A stretch of DNA of 64,000 bases, from contig CAVOGR010000001.1 of assembly GCA_963695555.1 (NCBI GenBank), positions 544,001 through 608,000 of the forward strand, given 5' to 3'. Shown piece by piece: positions 22,456-34,946 of this stretch. Under the pieces are notes generated by a model. The model had not been told where the DNA came from. It searched no databases and saw only the letters and a list, made by a program, of their open reading frames with translations. The DNA comes from an uncultured Gemmatimonadales bacterium. Its GTDB lineage: Bacteria; Gemmatimonadota; Gemmatimonadetes; Gemmatimonadales; GWC2-71-9. Position numbers and translations under genes: made by a program. The first letter of the stretch is position 1, and every line of letters starts with the position of its first letter.

Positions 22456-23667
22456 ATGAAACCGAATGCTATGCTGAGCCTTCGCCGGATGACCCTCCGA
22501 TCAACCCAGGTGGCCGTCGCCGTGGCCGGCCTCATCCTGCTCCCTCAGTCGGTGGGATCGGCCCAGGAGCCGGCCCAGAACGCCATGGCCGGTTCGTGGG
22601 TCTTCGGGGCCAAGGGCTGCTCCGCCTGCCACGCCATCAATGGTCTCGGCGGTACCACCGCCCCGGACCTCGGCCGCGTTGGCGAGTTGCGCACGTTCTA
22701 CGACCTGGCCTCGGGCTTCTGGAATCACTACCCCAGCATGGTGGCCCAGATGCGAGCGCAAGGCATCGAGCCGCCCCACATGAGCCCCCGTGAGATGGGC
22801 GACTTGATCGCCTTTCTCACCTCGATCAACTACTTCGACGAGCCCGGCAACGTCGACCGCGGCAAGCAGTTCTTCGCGGAGAAGGAGTGTGTTCGCTGCC
22901 ATCAAGTGGCAGGTGTTGGGGGTGTCGTCGGGCCGAGCCTGGACTACCTGGGCCAGATGGGCTCGTTCATTCAAGTTGCCACCGCGATGTGGAACCATGG
23001 GCCCGCCATGGCCGAAGCGATGCAGACGCTCAAGATCCGGCGTCCGTCGTTTACGGCTTCCGAGTTGACCGATCTGATCGCTTATCTGCGCCAAGCCGCT
23101 CCAGGCCCGCCGGAAGGCCCCATGTATGTTCTCCCCGGTCGCGCGGAGTTGGGTCGGCAGTGGTTTGTCGAAAAGGGATGCCTCGAATGCCATAGCATTC
23201 GGGGCCAGGGTGGTGGGAGTGCTCCGGACCTGGCCAGCCGGGCCCGGCCGCCGAGCCTGGCTGAATTTTCCTCGATGATATGGAACAAGGCACCGGCCAT
23301 GCTTCGGGCCATGCGGGTCCGGGGAACAGACGTGCCCAAGCTCGAGGTAAGCCAGATGGCGGACATCGTGGCCTACCTCTACTCGATTCGCTACTTTCAG
23401 CGCTTGGGCAACCCAACAGCGGGGCGACGCCTGGTTCAGAACCGCGGCTGCCTCGGCTGCCACGCGCTGGGTGGGCAAGGGCGCAACGACGCTGGCGACC
23501 TGACGACGATCGAGGGGCTGGACTCGCCCACGGCCGTGATCGCCGCCATGTGGAACCACGGCCGGGTCATGACCGGCCAAGCCCAGGGACGCATCATTTG
23601 GCCAACACTGCTGCCGGAAGAAATGGCGGACATCGCGGCGTTCTTCATCGAATCAGGCTCCAAGTGA
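22456..23667 (+). CDS. Periplasmic cytochrome c with four tandem mono-heme domains
   Basis: Signal peptide; CSACH, CVRCH, CLECH, CLGCH, each followed by a (P/G)(D/S)L...WN(H/K)...M segment. Confidence 0.85.
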   Translation: MKPNAMLSLRRMTLRSTQVAVAVAGLILLPQSVGSAQEPAQNAMAGSWVFGAKGCSACHAINGLGGTTAPDLGRVGELRTFYDLASGFWNHYPSMVAQMRAQGIEPPHMSPREMGDLIAFLTSINYFDEPGNVDRGKQFFAEKECVRCHQVAGVGGVVGPSLDYLGQMGSFIQVATAMWNHGPAMAEAMQTLKIRRPSFTASELTDLIAYLRQAAPGPPEGPMYVLPGRAELGRQWFVEKGCLECHSIRGQGGGSAPDLASRARPPSLAEFSSMIWNKAPAMLRAMRVRGTDVPKLEVSQMADIVAYLYSIRYFQRLGNPTAGRRLVQNRGCLGCHALGGQGRNDAGDLTTIEGLDSPTAVIAAMWNHGRVMTGQAQGRIIWPTLLPEEMADIAAFFIESGSK

Positions 23668-24941
23668 GGGGCCCCATCGCCATCGCCGTTCTCGTGTTGG
23701 GGGCGGCGTCGGCGCTTCCGCCGGCTTTGCTGGCGCAGGCTCCCGAGAAGGGGTCCTGCGTCACCTGCCACGAGATCCTTCCCGATGCCCGCCTGTCCGA
23801 CCCCGTCAAGGCCTATACGGGTGACGTGCACGCGGCCAAGGGCTTCGGGTGTGTGGCCTGCCACGGCGGCGACCCGACCGTGGCCGGCATGGCCGCAATG
23901 GATCCGGCCAAAGGGTACATCGGCAAGCCCGAGAGGGAACAGCTTGCCTCACTGTGCGGCCGGTGCCATTCGGACGCGCAGTTCATGCGGCAGTACAATC
24001 CGTCGCTCCGGGTCGACCAAGAACGCGAATACTTGACGTCGGTGCACGGCCAGCGGTTGATGCGAGAGGGCGATACGCAGGGTGGCCACGTGTGTGGGCT
24101 GCCACCCGGCGCATACCATCCGGCCGCCCTCAGATGCGAATTCGAGCGTGCACCCGCTGAAGGTCGCCGAGACCTGCGGCGCCTGCCACGCGAGCGCGGA
24201 CTACATGGCCTCCGTACGGCATCCCTACGGACCAGCAGGAGAAGTACGAGCAGAGCGTCCACTGGACCATGCTCAGCGAGCAGCACGATCTCTCCGCTCC
24301 GACCTGCAACGACTGCCACGGGAACCACGGCGCGGCCCCGCCTGGCGTGTCCTGGGTGGGCAACACCTGCGGGCAATGCCATTCGGTCATGGCGGACTAC
24401 TTCGCGCAGAGCCTCCACGCGCAAGGTGTTCCCCATGCTGGGCGTGCCCGGGTGCGCCGCCTGCCACAACAATCATGCGATATTGCGCGCGCGAGTGACG
24501 AGCTGCTCGGCTTCGGTGAGGGAGCGGCCTGCGTCAAGTGCCACAAGCCCGAGTCGGCGAGCGGTGGAGAAGATCCAGGCCATGCGCTCGCTGCTCGATT
24601 CGTTGATTCTCTCTGCGCACCGAGCCGATTCGCTCCTGTTGCGGGCGGAGAATTCCGGGCGTCGAGGTGAGCCAGGCCCTGTTCGACCTCGATGGATGCG
24701 CAGACGGCCTTGGTACAAGCCCGGGCCGCGGTGCATGCCTTCGTGGTCGACTCCGTCGCGGCCCATGTCAATGCGGGGCTGGTGATTACCGACACTGCTT
24801 TTGCCCGGGGGGATCGGGCCATGGGTGAGCTTCGGTTTCGGCGGACCGGGCTGGCCGTATCGGTGGGCATCATCCTGCTGTTGATTGCGGGGCTCGTGCT
24901 CCGCATCCGCGAAATCGACCGCAAGGCGTCCACCGACCTAA
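23664..24941 (+). CDS. Nonaheme cytochrome c with C-terminal coiled coil and TM anchor (several indel frameshifts; end approximate)
   Basis: Stitching frames gives CVTCH, CVACH, CGRCH, CVGCH, CGACH, CNDCH, CGQCH, CAACH, CVKCH, then TM RRTGLAVSVGIILLLIAG; colinear with 43314-44564. Confidence 0.8.
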
Positions 24942-24956
24942 CTCGAGGACACGTGC

Positions 24957-25439
24957 ATGACCGAGCTTGGGCAGTCCCCCGGCCAACCACGCAGGAGATT
25001 CGTCGAGTGGCTGATGAGCCGAACGCTAACCACCTGGTTGCTCAGCACCGGCGTTGGGGGGCTGGTTGCGGCCATCATGTACCCCGCCGGCCGTTACATC
25101 GTTCCTCCCGAGGCCGGAGAATCCGCGGCGGGCACGGTGACACTGCCGTTTCCTCCTGAAGAAATCCAGCCGAACGAGGGCAAGATCTTCAAGTTCGGCA
25201 GCCGTCCGGGCATTCTCGTCCGGTCGGCTACCGGCGACTTGCGGGCGTTCTCCGCTACTTGCACCCACCTCGGCTGCATCGTGCAATACCGGCCGGACAT
25301 TGGCCATATCTGGTGTGCCTGTCACAATGGCCACTTCGACCTGAGCGGTCACGTGGTGCAAGGACCGCCGCCTGAGCCGCTCGAGAGCTTCGTGGTGAAC
25401 GTGCGCGGCGATCAGATCGTCGTGAGCAAGGGCGCCTGA
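24957..25439 (+). CDS. qcrA: Rieske [2Fe-2S] subunit of a Rieske/cytochrome b complex
   Basis: Tat-like RRRF, TM helix, CTHLGC and CACHNG boxes, GPPPEPL. Confidence 0.92.
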   Translation: MTELGQSPGQPRRRFVEWLMSRTLTTWLLSTGVGGLVAAIMYPAGRYIVPPEAGESAAGTVTLPFPPEEIQPNEGKIFKFGSRPGILVRSATGDLRAFSATCTHLGCIVQYRPDIGHIWCACHNGHFDLSGHVVQGPPPEPLESFVVNVRGDQIVVSKGA

Positions 25440-25440
25440 C

Positions 25441-26539
25441 ATGCCGCGCATGCGCATGTGGCTGGACTCGCTCGGGGCGTATCTCGAAGACCGTATCGGG
25501 TTCGACGGCCTGCGGAAGCTTGCCAAGAAGAAGGACGTGCCGGTGCATCGGCACACGCATCTGGTACTACCTGGGTGGGATGACCCTCTTCCTCTTCATC
25601 GTCCAAGCTTCGGCACTGGCGTGCTCCTCCTGTTCTACTACCGACCCAGCGCCGAAGAGGCGTACGAGTCGATCCAGTTCCTCATGGCCGAGGTGACGTT
25701 CGGCTGGTTGGTACGCTCCATCCACCATTGGGCCGCCAACCTGATGATCGTCACGCTGTTCCTCCACTGTTCAGCGTGTTGCTCGTGAAGGCGTACCGGC
25801 CGCCGCGTGACCTCACCTGGTACTCTGGTGTCGCGCTCTTCGGGTGGCCCTGGCGTTCGGCTTTACAGGATACTTGCTCCCGTGGAACGAGTTGGCCTAC
25901 TTCGCCACCCGGGTCGGGACCGAAATTACGGGAGCCTTTCCGATCGTCGGCGATTTCCTCCTCCGCGTGGCCCGCGGCGGAACGGATGTGACGGGTGCGA
26001 CCCTGACACGATTCTACGCGATCCACGTGGCCGTCTTGCCGGCAGCCACGACCGCGATTCTCGGCCTCCACTTGTTCTTGGTGCAGAAGCACGGCATGAG
26101 CGTCCCGCTGAGCGTGGAGCGCGAGGGTGGCTCGCGCCGTGCCATGCCGTTCGTCCCGAACTTCCTGCTTCGGGACTTGGTGGGTTGGCTCGTCGCGCTC
26201 GCGATCCTTGCTGCGCTCGCCGCCTTCATTCCTGCGGAACTGGGCAGCAAGGCGGATCCCTTTGCGCCGGCCCCGGCAGGGATCAAGCCGGAATGGTATT
26301 TCATGTTCATGTTCCAGACCCTCAAGTACCTGCCGGCCCACATCCTCGGCATCGAGGGCGAGGTGGTGGGCATCCTGGGCTTCACGTTCGCAGGCCTCCT
26401 GCTGCTGCTCGTCCCGGTGCTGGACCGGCGAGGCGCACGCGGCGAGTCAAGCAAGGTGTTCACGTGGATCATCATCGGCGCCATTGTGTACATCATCGTG
26501 TTGACGTACCTCGGCTACACTGCCAATCCAACGGGGTAG
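25441..26539 (+). CDS. qcrB: Cytochrome b of Rieske/cyt b complex (frameshifted in 5' third)
   Basis: [34 protein letters not shown]14-H, PFVPN, IKPEWYF. Confidence 0.88.
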
Positions 26540-26640
26540 GATCTGCAGTGTGAGCTGAGCTCGAGGCGGTGTTGAGTCCTTGGGCGAGCGGCTTCCCCCC
26601 TTCGGCCGCCACCCATCCTGAGACCCGGATGGAGGTGCGG

Positions 26641-27084
26641 ATGCCAACTGTTACCGATCGCATCAGCTCGGCCTGGACCACGGTCAAATGCCCGGGCTGC
26701 GGCAAGAACGTGGTTCCTTCGACCGGACCAGTTTCCGGGGCTCCGCCCCCGACTGCCGGCGATAGCGCCAAGCGGTGGTCCTTCATCTGGCTCCAGCCGA
26801 GCGGGGCCATCTGCCCGGAGTGCTTCTTCCCCCTTGCCCGCTACGCCAAGCGGCAAAAATGGGTGCAGCTGTTCATCATGGGCGTCGTGTTGGCGACGAC
26901 CTCGATTTTGATCTTCATTCTCGCCTTGCTGAGTGGGTTCGAAACGTGGCTCCGGCTCGTGCTCCGGATTACGTCTGTCGCTGCTGTCCTGGCGCTCGTG
27001 GTCGGGCTCGTCGGCATCATCGTAGGGGGCCGTCGTACGGAGGAGCCTCCCTCCGGCGGGCCACGCCAGCCACCGAGTTCGTAG
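26641..27084 (+). CDS. Hypothetical Zn-ribbon membrane protein
   Basis: GGAGG RBS; CPGC and CPEC; two C-terminal TM helices. Confidence 0.6.
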   Translation: MPTVTDRISSAWTTVKCPGCGKNVVPSTGPVSGAPPPTAGDSAKRWSFIWLQPSGAICPECFFPLARYAKRQKWVQLFIMGVVLATTSILIFILALLSGFETWLRLVLRITSVAAVLALVVGLVGIIVGGRRTEEPPSGGPRQPPSS

Positions 27085-27110
27085 CGCGGCCGGGAGGTCG
27101 CCCGGACGGT

Positions 27111-27152
27111 ACGACAAATCCCCTGCGAGCATGCTCGCAGGGGATTCGTCGT
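27111..27152. terminator. Long inverted repeat between convergent genes (probable bidirectional terminator)
   Basis: Perfect 30-bp palindrome AATCCCCTGCGAGCATGCTCGCAGGGGATT (27117-27146), extended by ACGAC/GTCGT. Confidence 0.65.
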
Positions 27153-27178
27153 GGTGGGTGCCCCCGATCGGGACGGCG

Positions 27179-29134
<1,956 letters not shown>

Positions 29135-29482
29135 CTACCTCGTTGGGTGTGCGTGATGGTCGTCGTGCTGGGGCCGGCTGATACGCCCGGGAATCCAGCG
29201 AATACCGGCGATGCGTCCCTTTCGTTCCTGGTTGATCCGCGCCAGGATCCGCGGCGTCATGAGGCCGAGTTCCGTCGCCCACGGTGCCGTCGCCACCCGG
29301 ACCCGAAGCACGCCATCCGGACTCACGGATTCCGGTTCGGTTACCGCCGCAATCTGGCTGCCGACCAGCTCGGGCCACTCGTCGAGCACCCGCACCTGGT
29401 CCAATCGCTTGGTCCACTTGCGGCGAGCGAAGAAACTCGCCAGCGCGTCCCCAATGGAGGTAACCGGCCGCTTCTCTCTCAT
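29135..29482 (-). CDS. DUF721 / DciA family protein
   Basis: WPELVGSQIAAVT.P, GVLRVRV...WATEL; lies between recF and gyrB. Confidence 0.85.
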   Translation of the reverse strand: MREKRPVTSIGDALASFFARRKWTKRLDQVRVLDEWPELVGSQIAAVTEPESVSPDGVLRVRVATAPWATELGLMTPRILARINQERKGRIAGIRWIPGRISRPQHDDHHAHPTR

Positions 29483-29507
29483 GCCGCCAGCCGCCTCGAC
29501 ACCAAAC

Positions 29508-30584
29508 TCAGCATGTGACTCGTCCTTCCGTGACCGTCCACACCGGCAGGGAGAGCGTTCGTGGCAGCTCGTCGCGACGCGGTGCCGATACGAACACCTG
29601 ACGGGTCTCACCACGATGCAGGCGTTCGACCAACCGTTCCTGCCGGTCCGCGTCCAACTCCGCGAACACGTCGTCCAGTACCAGGGCCGGCTCGGTTCCG
29701 GTCGCCTCGGCGAGCGTGGCGAGTTCGACCAGCTTCAGCGCGATCGCGGCGCTACGCTGCTGGCCGGTGGAGCCGTACTCCCGGAGCGCCCGTCCGTCGA
29801 TCTCGAGAATCAGATCGTCGCGATGGGGCCCGATGGTGGTCGTTCCCTTGCGGGAATCGACATTCCAGGAGGCCTCGAGCGCGTCGGGCCATGCCTCGAG
29901 TGCCGACAGCTCCTCCCGCCCGCGGTACCGCATGCCGACGCTCGCCGTTTCTCCGAGTGTCGCGAACTCCCTCGCGAACGCCACCGCCGCCGGGCCGGCC
30001 CATCTGGCGCGGCCCGCGACGATCTCTGCCCCGGTCGCGGCGAGGGCTACGTCGAAGGCGCGCACCACCTCGCGGCGCTGGGTCCGGAGCGCCGCATTGC
30101 GCTGAGCCAGGACCGCCCGGTACCGCGAGAGTGCGGTGAGATATCCGCGATCGGCCAGGCAGAGCAGCCGATCCACGTACCGACGTCGCTCAGCGGCTGA
30201 CCCGGAGGCCAGCACCACATCGGATGGGAGGAACGCCACGGCAATCCAACGGCCCAGTCCCTCCAGCATGCGCTCCGGTTCCGTGCCGTCGATCTCTACC
30301 CGCTTCCGCTTCGGTGCGACCCGGAAATCCGCCGAGATCGTCCCGGCTCGGCCGTCGCGCCGGACCCGGTTCTCAACGCGAAACCCGGGACCTCCAAATC
30401 CGACGACTTCCCGGTCCGCGGCTCCCCGGAAGGAGCGAAACAACACCGGGTAGTAGACGGCCTCGAGCAGGTTCGTTTTCCCTTGGGCGTTGGCTCCAAG
30501 AAGGGCGACACCGTCCTTGGGCAGCGACAATTCCATCGACGCCAGGTTGCGGAACCCTCGCACCACCACGTCTTCCAGCCACAC
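29508..30584 (-). CDS. recF: DNA replication/repair protein RecF
   Basis: FRN, GANAQGKTNLLEA, GPHRDDL, GSTGQQR, LDDVFAELD. Confidence 0.95.
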   Translation of the reverse strand: MWLEDVVVRGFRNLASMELSLPKDGVALLGANAQGKTNLLEAVYYPVLFRSFRGAADREVVGFGGPGFRVENRVRRDGRAGTISADFRVAPKRKRVEIDGTEPERMLEGLGRWIAVAFLPSDVVLASGSAAERRRYVDRLLCLADRGYLTALSRYRAVLAQRNAALRTQRREVVRAFDVALAATGAEIVAGRARWAGPAAVAFAREFATLGETASVGMRYRGREELSALEAWPDALEASWNVDSRKGTTTIGPHRDDLILEIDGRALREYGSTGQQRSAAIALKLVELATLAEATGTEPALVLDDVFAELDADRQERLVERLHRGETRQVFVSAPRRDELPRTLSLPVWTVTEGRVTC

Positions 30585-31006
30585 TACTGCAGGACCACGC
30601 GCCGAAAGGCGGTGTCACCGCGCTCGCCTAACAGGTCGAAGCCGAAGATGCCGACGGTGACGGTGTCTCCTGCCGCGAGTCCGCTGGTAGGTACCGTGAA
30701 GCTGAACAGTACCGTGTCGGCGTCGGTGTTGAGTGGCGGGAGCGTGAAATTCGCCCCGATCACGTCGAAGATCACGACGTCGACCCCGTCGAGATCCACC
30801 GCGAGTCCCGCCACCAGGACGTTGGAGCCAAGAACAACGGTGGTATCCTGGCTCGGCACCTGGATGTCGACGACCGGACCGAGGCCGCTATTGGGACCGA
30901 GAAACGAAGGCCGCTCACGGTCCACGCAGGCCGACGACCACAGGGCCACGACGAAGAGGGCCCCCACGCCCAGCCGGCCCAGAGGCACGCTCGATCCCAA
31001 ACTCAT
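30584..31006 (-). CDS. Hypothetical lipoprotein (Ig-like)
   Basis: Hydrophobic signal with SAC lipobox; beta-rich; stop overlaps the recF start. Confidence 0.6.
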   Translation of the reverse strand: MSLGSSVPLGRLGVGALFVVALWSSACVDRERPSFLGPNSGLGPVVDIQVPSQDTTVVLGSNVLVAGLAVDLDGVDVVIFDVIGANFTLPPLNTDADTVLFSFTVPTSGLAAGDTVTVGIFGFDLLGERGDTAFRRVVLQ

Positions 31007-31070
31007 CCCTGTAAATTAGCAGCATCCCGACCCAAATTGGAGCCGCTGCGGTCCCCTCGCTCGGGTCGAT

Positions 31071-31853
31071 CTAGCGCCCCTTGAAGGCCGCCGACCGCTT
31101 CTCCAGGAACGCCGCCATACCCTCCCGCATGTCCTCGGTCGAGGCGATTAGGCCGAAGTGGTTGGCCTCGAGCAGCGAACTCTCATCCACGCTCAAGTCG
31201 AGCCCGGTGTCCACGGCTTCGAGGCAGAGCCGGACCGCGATGGGTCCGTTTGCCAGAATGCGCCGCAACAGCTTCTCGGCCTGGGGCATCAACTCGTCGG
31301 CCGGCACCACCCGGTTGACCAAACCGATGCGATAGGCCTCCTGGGCGTCGATCATGTCGCCCGTGAGCAGGAGCTCCAAGGCCCGGCCCTTGCCGACCAG
31401 GCGCGGCAGCCGAACCGTGCCGCCGTATCCCGGGCCGATGCCCAGCTTGACCTCCGGCTGGCCAAACTTGGCATTCTCGCTGGCCAAACGAAAATGGCAC
31501 GCCATGGCCAGCTCGCAGCCGCCACCCAATGCGAACCCGTTGACCGCGGCGATTACCGGTTTGCCGCAGCGTTCGAGGCGGCGAAACACCGCCTGACCGG
31601 CCAGCGATCGCTCCTTTCCCGAGAGCGGTCCCTGGGTGGCCAACTCGGCGATGTCCGCCCCGGCAACGAAGGCCTTGGGCCCGGCTCCGGTGACGAGCAC
31701 GCCGCGAATTGTGTCATCGGTTTCGATCGTGGCCACGGCATCACTCAGCTCCTCGATCACGGCATCATTCAAGGCATTGAGCTTGTCCGGGCGGTTGATC
31801 GTAAGGGTGGCGATCCCTTCGTTGGTCTCGAACTGTATCACAGAGAATGGCAT
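31071..31853 (-). CDS. Enoyl-CoA hydratase (crotonase)
   Basis: NRPDKLNALN, FVAGADI, ALGGGCEL, GQPEVKLG. Confidence 0.92.
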   Translation of the reverse strand: MPFSVIQFETNEGIATLTINRPDKLNALNDAVIEELSDAVATIETDDTIRGVLVTGAGPKAFVAGADIAELATQGPLSGKERSLAGQAVFRRLERCGKPVIAAVNGFALGGGCELAMACHFRLASENAKFGQPEVKLGIGPGYGGTVRLPRLVGKGRALELLLTGDMIDAQEAYRIGLVNRVVPADELMPQAEKLLRRILANGPIAVRLCLEAVDTGLDLSVDESSLLEANHFGLIASTEDMREGMAAFLEKRSAAFKGR

Positions 31854-31985
31854 GACGACACCGTGGCTGGGGTGTTGGAGTGTTGGTATCTACGACAGGC
31901 CGGGCAAGGCACCGGACTGAAAGATAGATGATGTTAACTTTGGTGACCCAAGTCCGCTTTTGTCCCTCCTCGGATTGAGTGATCG

Positions 31986-33467
31986 ATGGCTTCGATACTC
32001 GCGCTCGACCAGGGAACCACCGGCAGTACGGCCCTGGTGATCCATCAGGACGGCCGGGTACTGGCTCGCGGCTACCGCGAGTTCACCCAGCATTTTCCGC
32101 AGCCCGGCTGGGTCGAGCACGACCCCGATGAAATCTTCAGGGTTACGATCGAAGCCGCGCGCGAGGCGGTAGCCGGAGCCGGAGAAATGCCGGTGGGCAT
32201 CGGCATCACCAACCAGCGCGAAACCGTGGTGGTATGGGATCGGGCCACACTCGAGCCGCTGGCCCGAGCCATCGTGTGGCAGGATCGCCGGACCGCCGAG
32301 CTCTGCCACACCCTGCGCGCCACCGGCGTGGAGCCCATGGTCCGCGAGCGGACTGGTCTCCTGCTCGATCCGTATTTCTCGGCTACCAAGCTCGCGTGGT
32401 TGCTGGAGCGCGATCCGGCACTCCGGGTTCGGGCCGGTCGGGGCGAGGTGGCCGCCGGCACCATCGATAGCTGGCTCATCGCCCGGCTCACCGGGGGCGC
32501 GCGCCATGCCACCGATCACACCAACGCCTCCCGCACGCTCCTCTACAATGTGCAGACCCATGCGTGGGATCCGGAACTGCTCGCGCTGTTCGGCATCCCC
32601 CACGACATGTTGCCCGATGTCGTGCCATCGAGCGGTGTCGTCGGAGAGTGTGGGCCGGACACGTTCGGAGCCGCGCTTCCCATCGCCGGGGTCGCGGGCG
32701 ATCAGCAGGCCGCGCTGTTTGGGCAGGGATGCGTAACGCCGGGCCTGGCGAAGAACACCTACGGGACCGGTGCCTTCCTCCTCGTGAACACCGGACAGGA
32801 CCGCCCGGTCTCTTCGCACGGGCTGCTTACCACCATCGCCTGTGATGCGGCCGGCCGGCCCGCGTACGCGCTGGAGGGAAGCGTGTTCATTGCGGGCGCG
32901 GCCCTTCAGTGGCTGCGGGACGGCCTGGGTCTGCTTGCCGATGCCGGCGAGTCGGAGCATCTGGCGAGGAGCGTTGCGGATACCGGCGGGGTGCACTTCG
33001 TCCCGGCCTTCGTCGGCCTGGGGTCGCCTCACTGGGAGCCGGCCGCCCGCGGCACCATTACCGGGCTCACCCGCGGAACCACCACGGCCCACCTGGTGCG
33101 CGCGGCACTCGAAGCCATGGCGTTCAGCAGCCGGGATCTGCTCCAGGCCATGACCGGCGATGCCCACGTCACCATCCCCGCGCTTCGCGTGGACGGTGGC
33201 GCGGTCGCCAATTCCTGGCTCATGCAGTTCCAGGCGGACGTGCTTGGGGTTCCGGTCGAGCGGCCGGACATGATCGAAACGACGGCGGCCGGGGCGGCCG
33301 CTCTGGCCGGGCTGGCGCTCGGCGTGTGGCCCGGTATCGATGCGTTCCTCGAGGGACGTCACTTCACCCGCTTCGAGCCATCGATCGATGCGGAAACCCG
33401 AAACCGCCTCTCCTCCGAGTGGGATCGGGCCGTCCAGGCAGCCCTCTCCTGGGCCCGGGCCGACTGA
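31986..33467 (+). CDS. glpK: Glycerol kinase
   Basis: DQGTT, GWVEHD, GITNQRET, WQDRR, TDHTNASRT, GDQQAALFG, KNTYGTG. Confidence 0.96.
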   Translation: MASILALDQGTTGSTALVIHQDGRVLARGYREFTQHFPQPGWVEHDPDEIFRVTIEAAREAVAGAGEMPVGIGITNQRETVVVWDRATLEPLARAIVWQDRRTAELCHTLRATGVEPMVRERTGLLLDPYFSATKLAWLLERDPALRVRAGRGEVAAGTIDSWLIARLTGGARHATDHTNASRTLLYNVQTHAWDPELLALFGIPHDMLPDVVPSSGVVGECGPDTFGAALPIAGVAGDQQAALFGQGCVTPGLAKNTYGTGAFLLVNTGQDRPVSSHGLLTTIACDAAGRPAYALEGSVFIAGAALQWLRDGLGLLADAGESEHLARSVADTGGVHFVPAFVGLGSPHWEPAARGTITGLTRGTTTAHLVRAALEAMAFSSRDLLQAMTGDAHVTIPALRVDGGAVANSWLMQFQADVLGVPVERPDMIETTAAGAAALAGLALGVWPGIDAFLEGRHFTRFEPSIDAETRNRLSSEWDRAVQAALSWARAD

Positions 33468-33491
33468 GCGCCAGGGCCTTCACCACCTCTC

Positions 33492-34946
33492 CTAGTCCAA
33501 AATCGACTGCCGGTGGCAGGCCAGGCACATCACCGGGCTCTTCGATTTCATCGTCTCGGCATCGAACCCGGGCCCGTGCGGGTTGATGCGCCGTCCGCCC
33601 AAGGCAGAGTGACACTGGAGGCAGTCACGCTGGGAATGGCAGGTGGCGCAGGTCTCCAAGCCCTGCCGTGCCGCCTGGCCGTGCCCGAAAATCCAGGTGG
33701 ACTTCCGGTTATGGAACCCGGTGTCGATCCGTCCGCTCGTGGCCAATCCTTGGCCCGTGTGACAGTCGCGGCAGAACGCCTCCGGGTTGTGACAGGTGGC
33801 GCACTCCACATCCTGACCGAAAGCCGGGGCCGAGTGCTGCAGGACGAAATTCTCCGGGTGGTACCGCCCGACCGGCTCTCCCGGGGTGCTCAGGGCTTCG
33901 GATCCCAAGTGGCAGGTGATGCACTGGTCCTGCGTGTGGCACGTGGTGCACGTGGTGGTCGCCGAGGCGGCAAGCGCCTTATGGTTTTCTGCGAACCCGG
34001 CCGTGTGGGTCGACGGGCGGCTGCCGCACGAGGACAACGCCCTGTGCCTGGTGGACGCTCGAGGCCTTTGCCCGGCCCGGAGCCAATTCCGGAATCGGAT
34101 CGGGCAGGGGAGACACGTGGCACGTGCGGCAACTCTGTTGGGTGTGACAGGTCGCGCAGGTCGCTATGTTGGCACGTGCCGACTCGCTATGGCTTGCCTG
34201 CCAGTCGCTGGCACCATGCGATGCCGGGATCGGATAGGTGACCGGGCGTTTCGACACGATCTCCGCCACCCGGGGATCGGACTCCAGCGACTGGATTGCC
34301 GGAACCGAGGCGGCGTTCACATGGCAGGTGCTGCACAGATCGCGCGAGTGGCACACGGCGCACCGCGCCGCGTTGTCGCTGGCCAACGGGCCATGCTCCA
34401 GCACGAAGTTGTCGCCATGGTCGGCCAGGCTTCGGGAACGCGAGGATCTCCTCCCCGGTGTAGTCACTGCGCCTCCCACGACGGCACGTGGCAGGTGGCG
34501 CACGGCGCATCGACCTCGTGCGTCTTTCCGGCCGCATGACACCCGAGACAGCCCCCCACCGAAACGCGCTGGATGTCCATCGCCTCACCGCCGGACTTCT
34601 GGTGGCAGGTGGCGCATTTGAAGTCCATGCCGAGGGCCGCCTTCTTCTTCGCGATGACCGTGGCATGGTCGAAGTTGAGGTTGCTCGGCGTGCGACTGCG
34701 GCCCTCCCAATCGACCCGCGGCTGGGTCTGTCCGTTGTGGCAGGCGCCGCAGAACGAGGCCGCTGGAATGGTGACCGCTCCCGCCTCCACTTTGTGGCAG
34801 CTTTCGCAGGTCGGGAAGAGATGTTGGTGCTTGAGATGCGGAAACGCGCTCTCCGCGATGGGCGCGCTGGTCCCGCTGCCTCCGCTGCTCCACGCCACCA
34901 GGCCCAGCATGACGGTGGCGGCTGCGGTTCCCAAACGGATGATCAT
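33492..34946 (-). CDS. Periplasmic ~16-heme cytochrome c (frameshifts near 34420-34470 and ~34035)
   Basis: Signal peptide; 5+4+7 CXXCH over three frames, many as doubled CxxCH-X4-CxxCH; ATG overlaps the porin stop. Confidence 0.8.
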
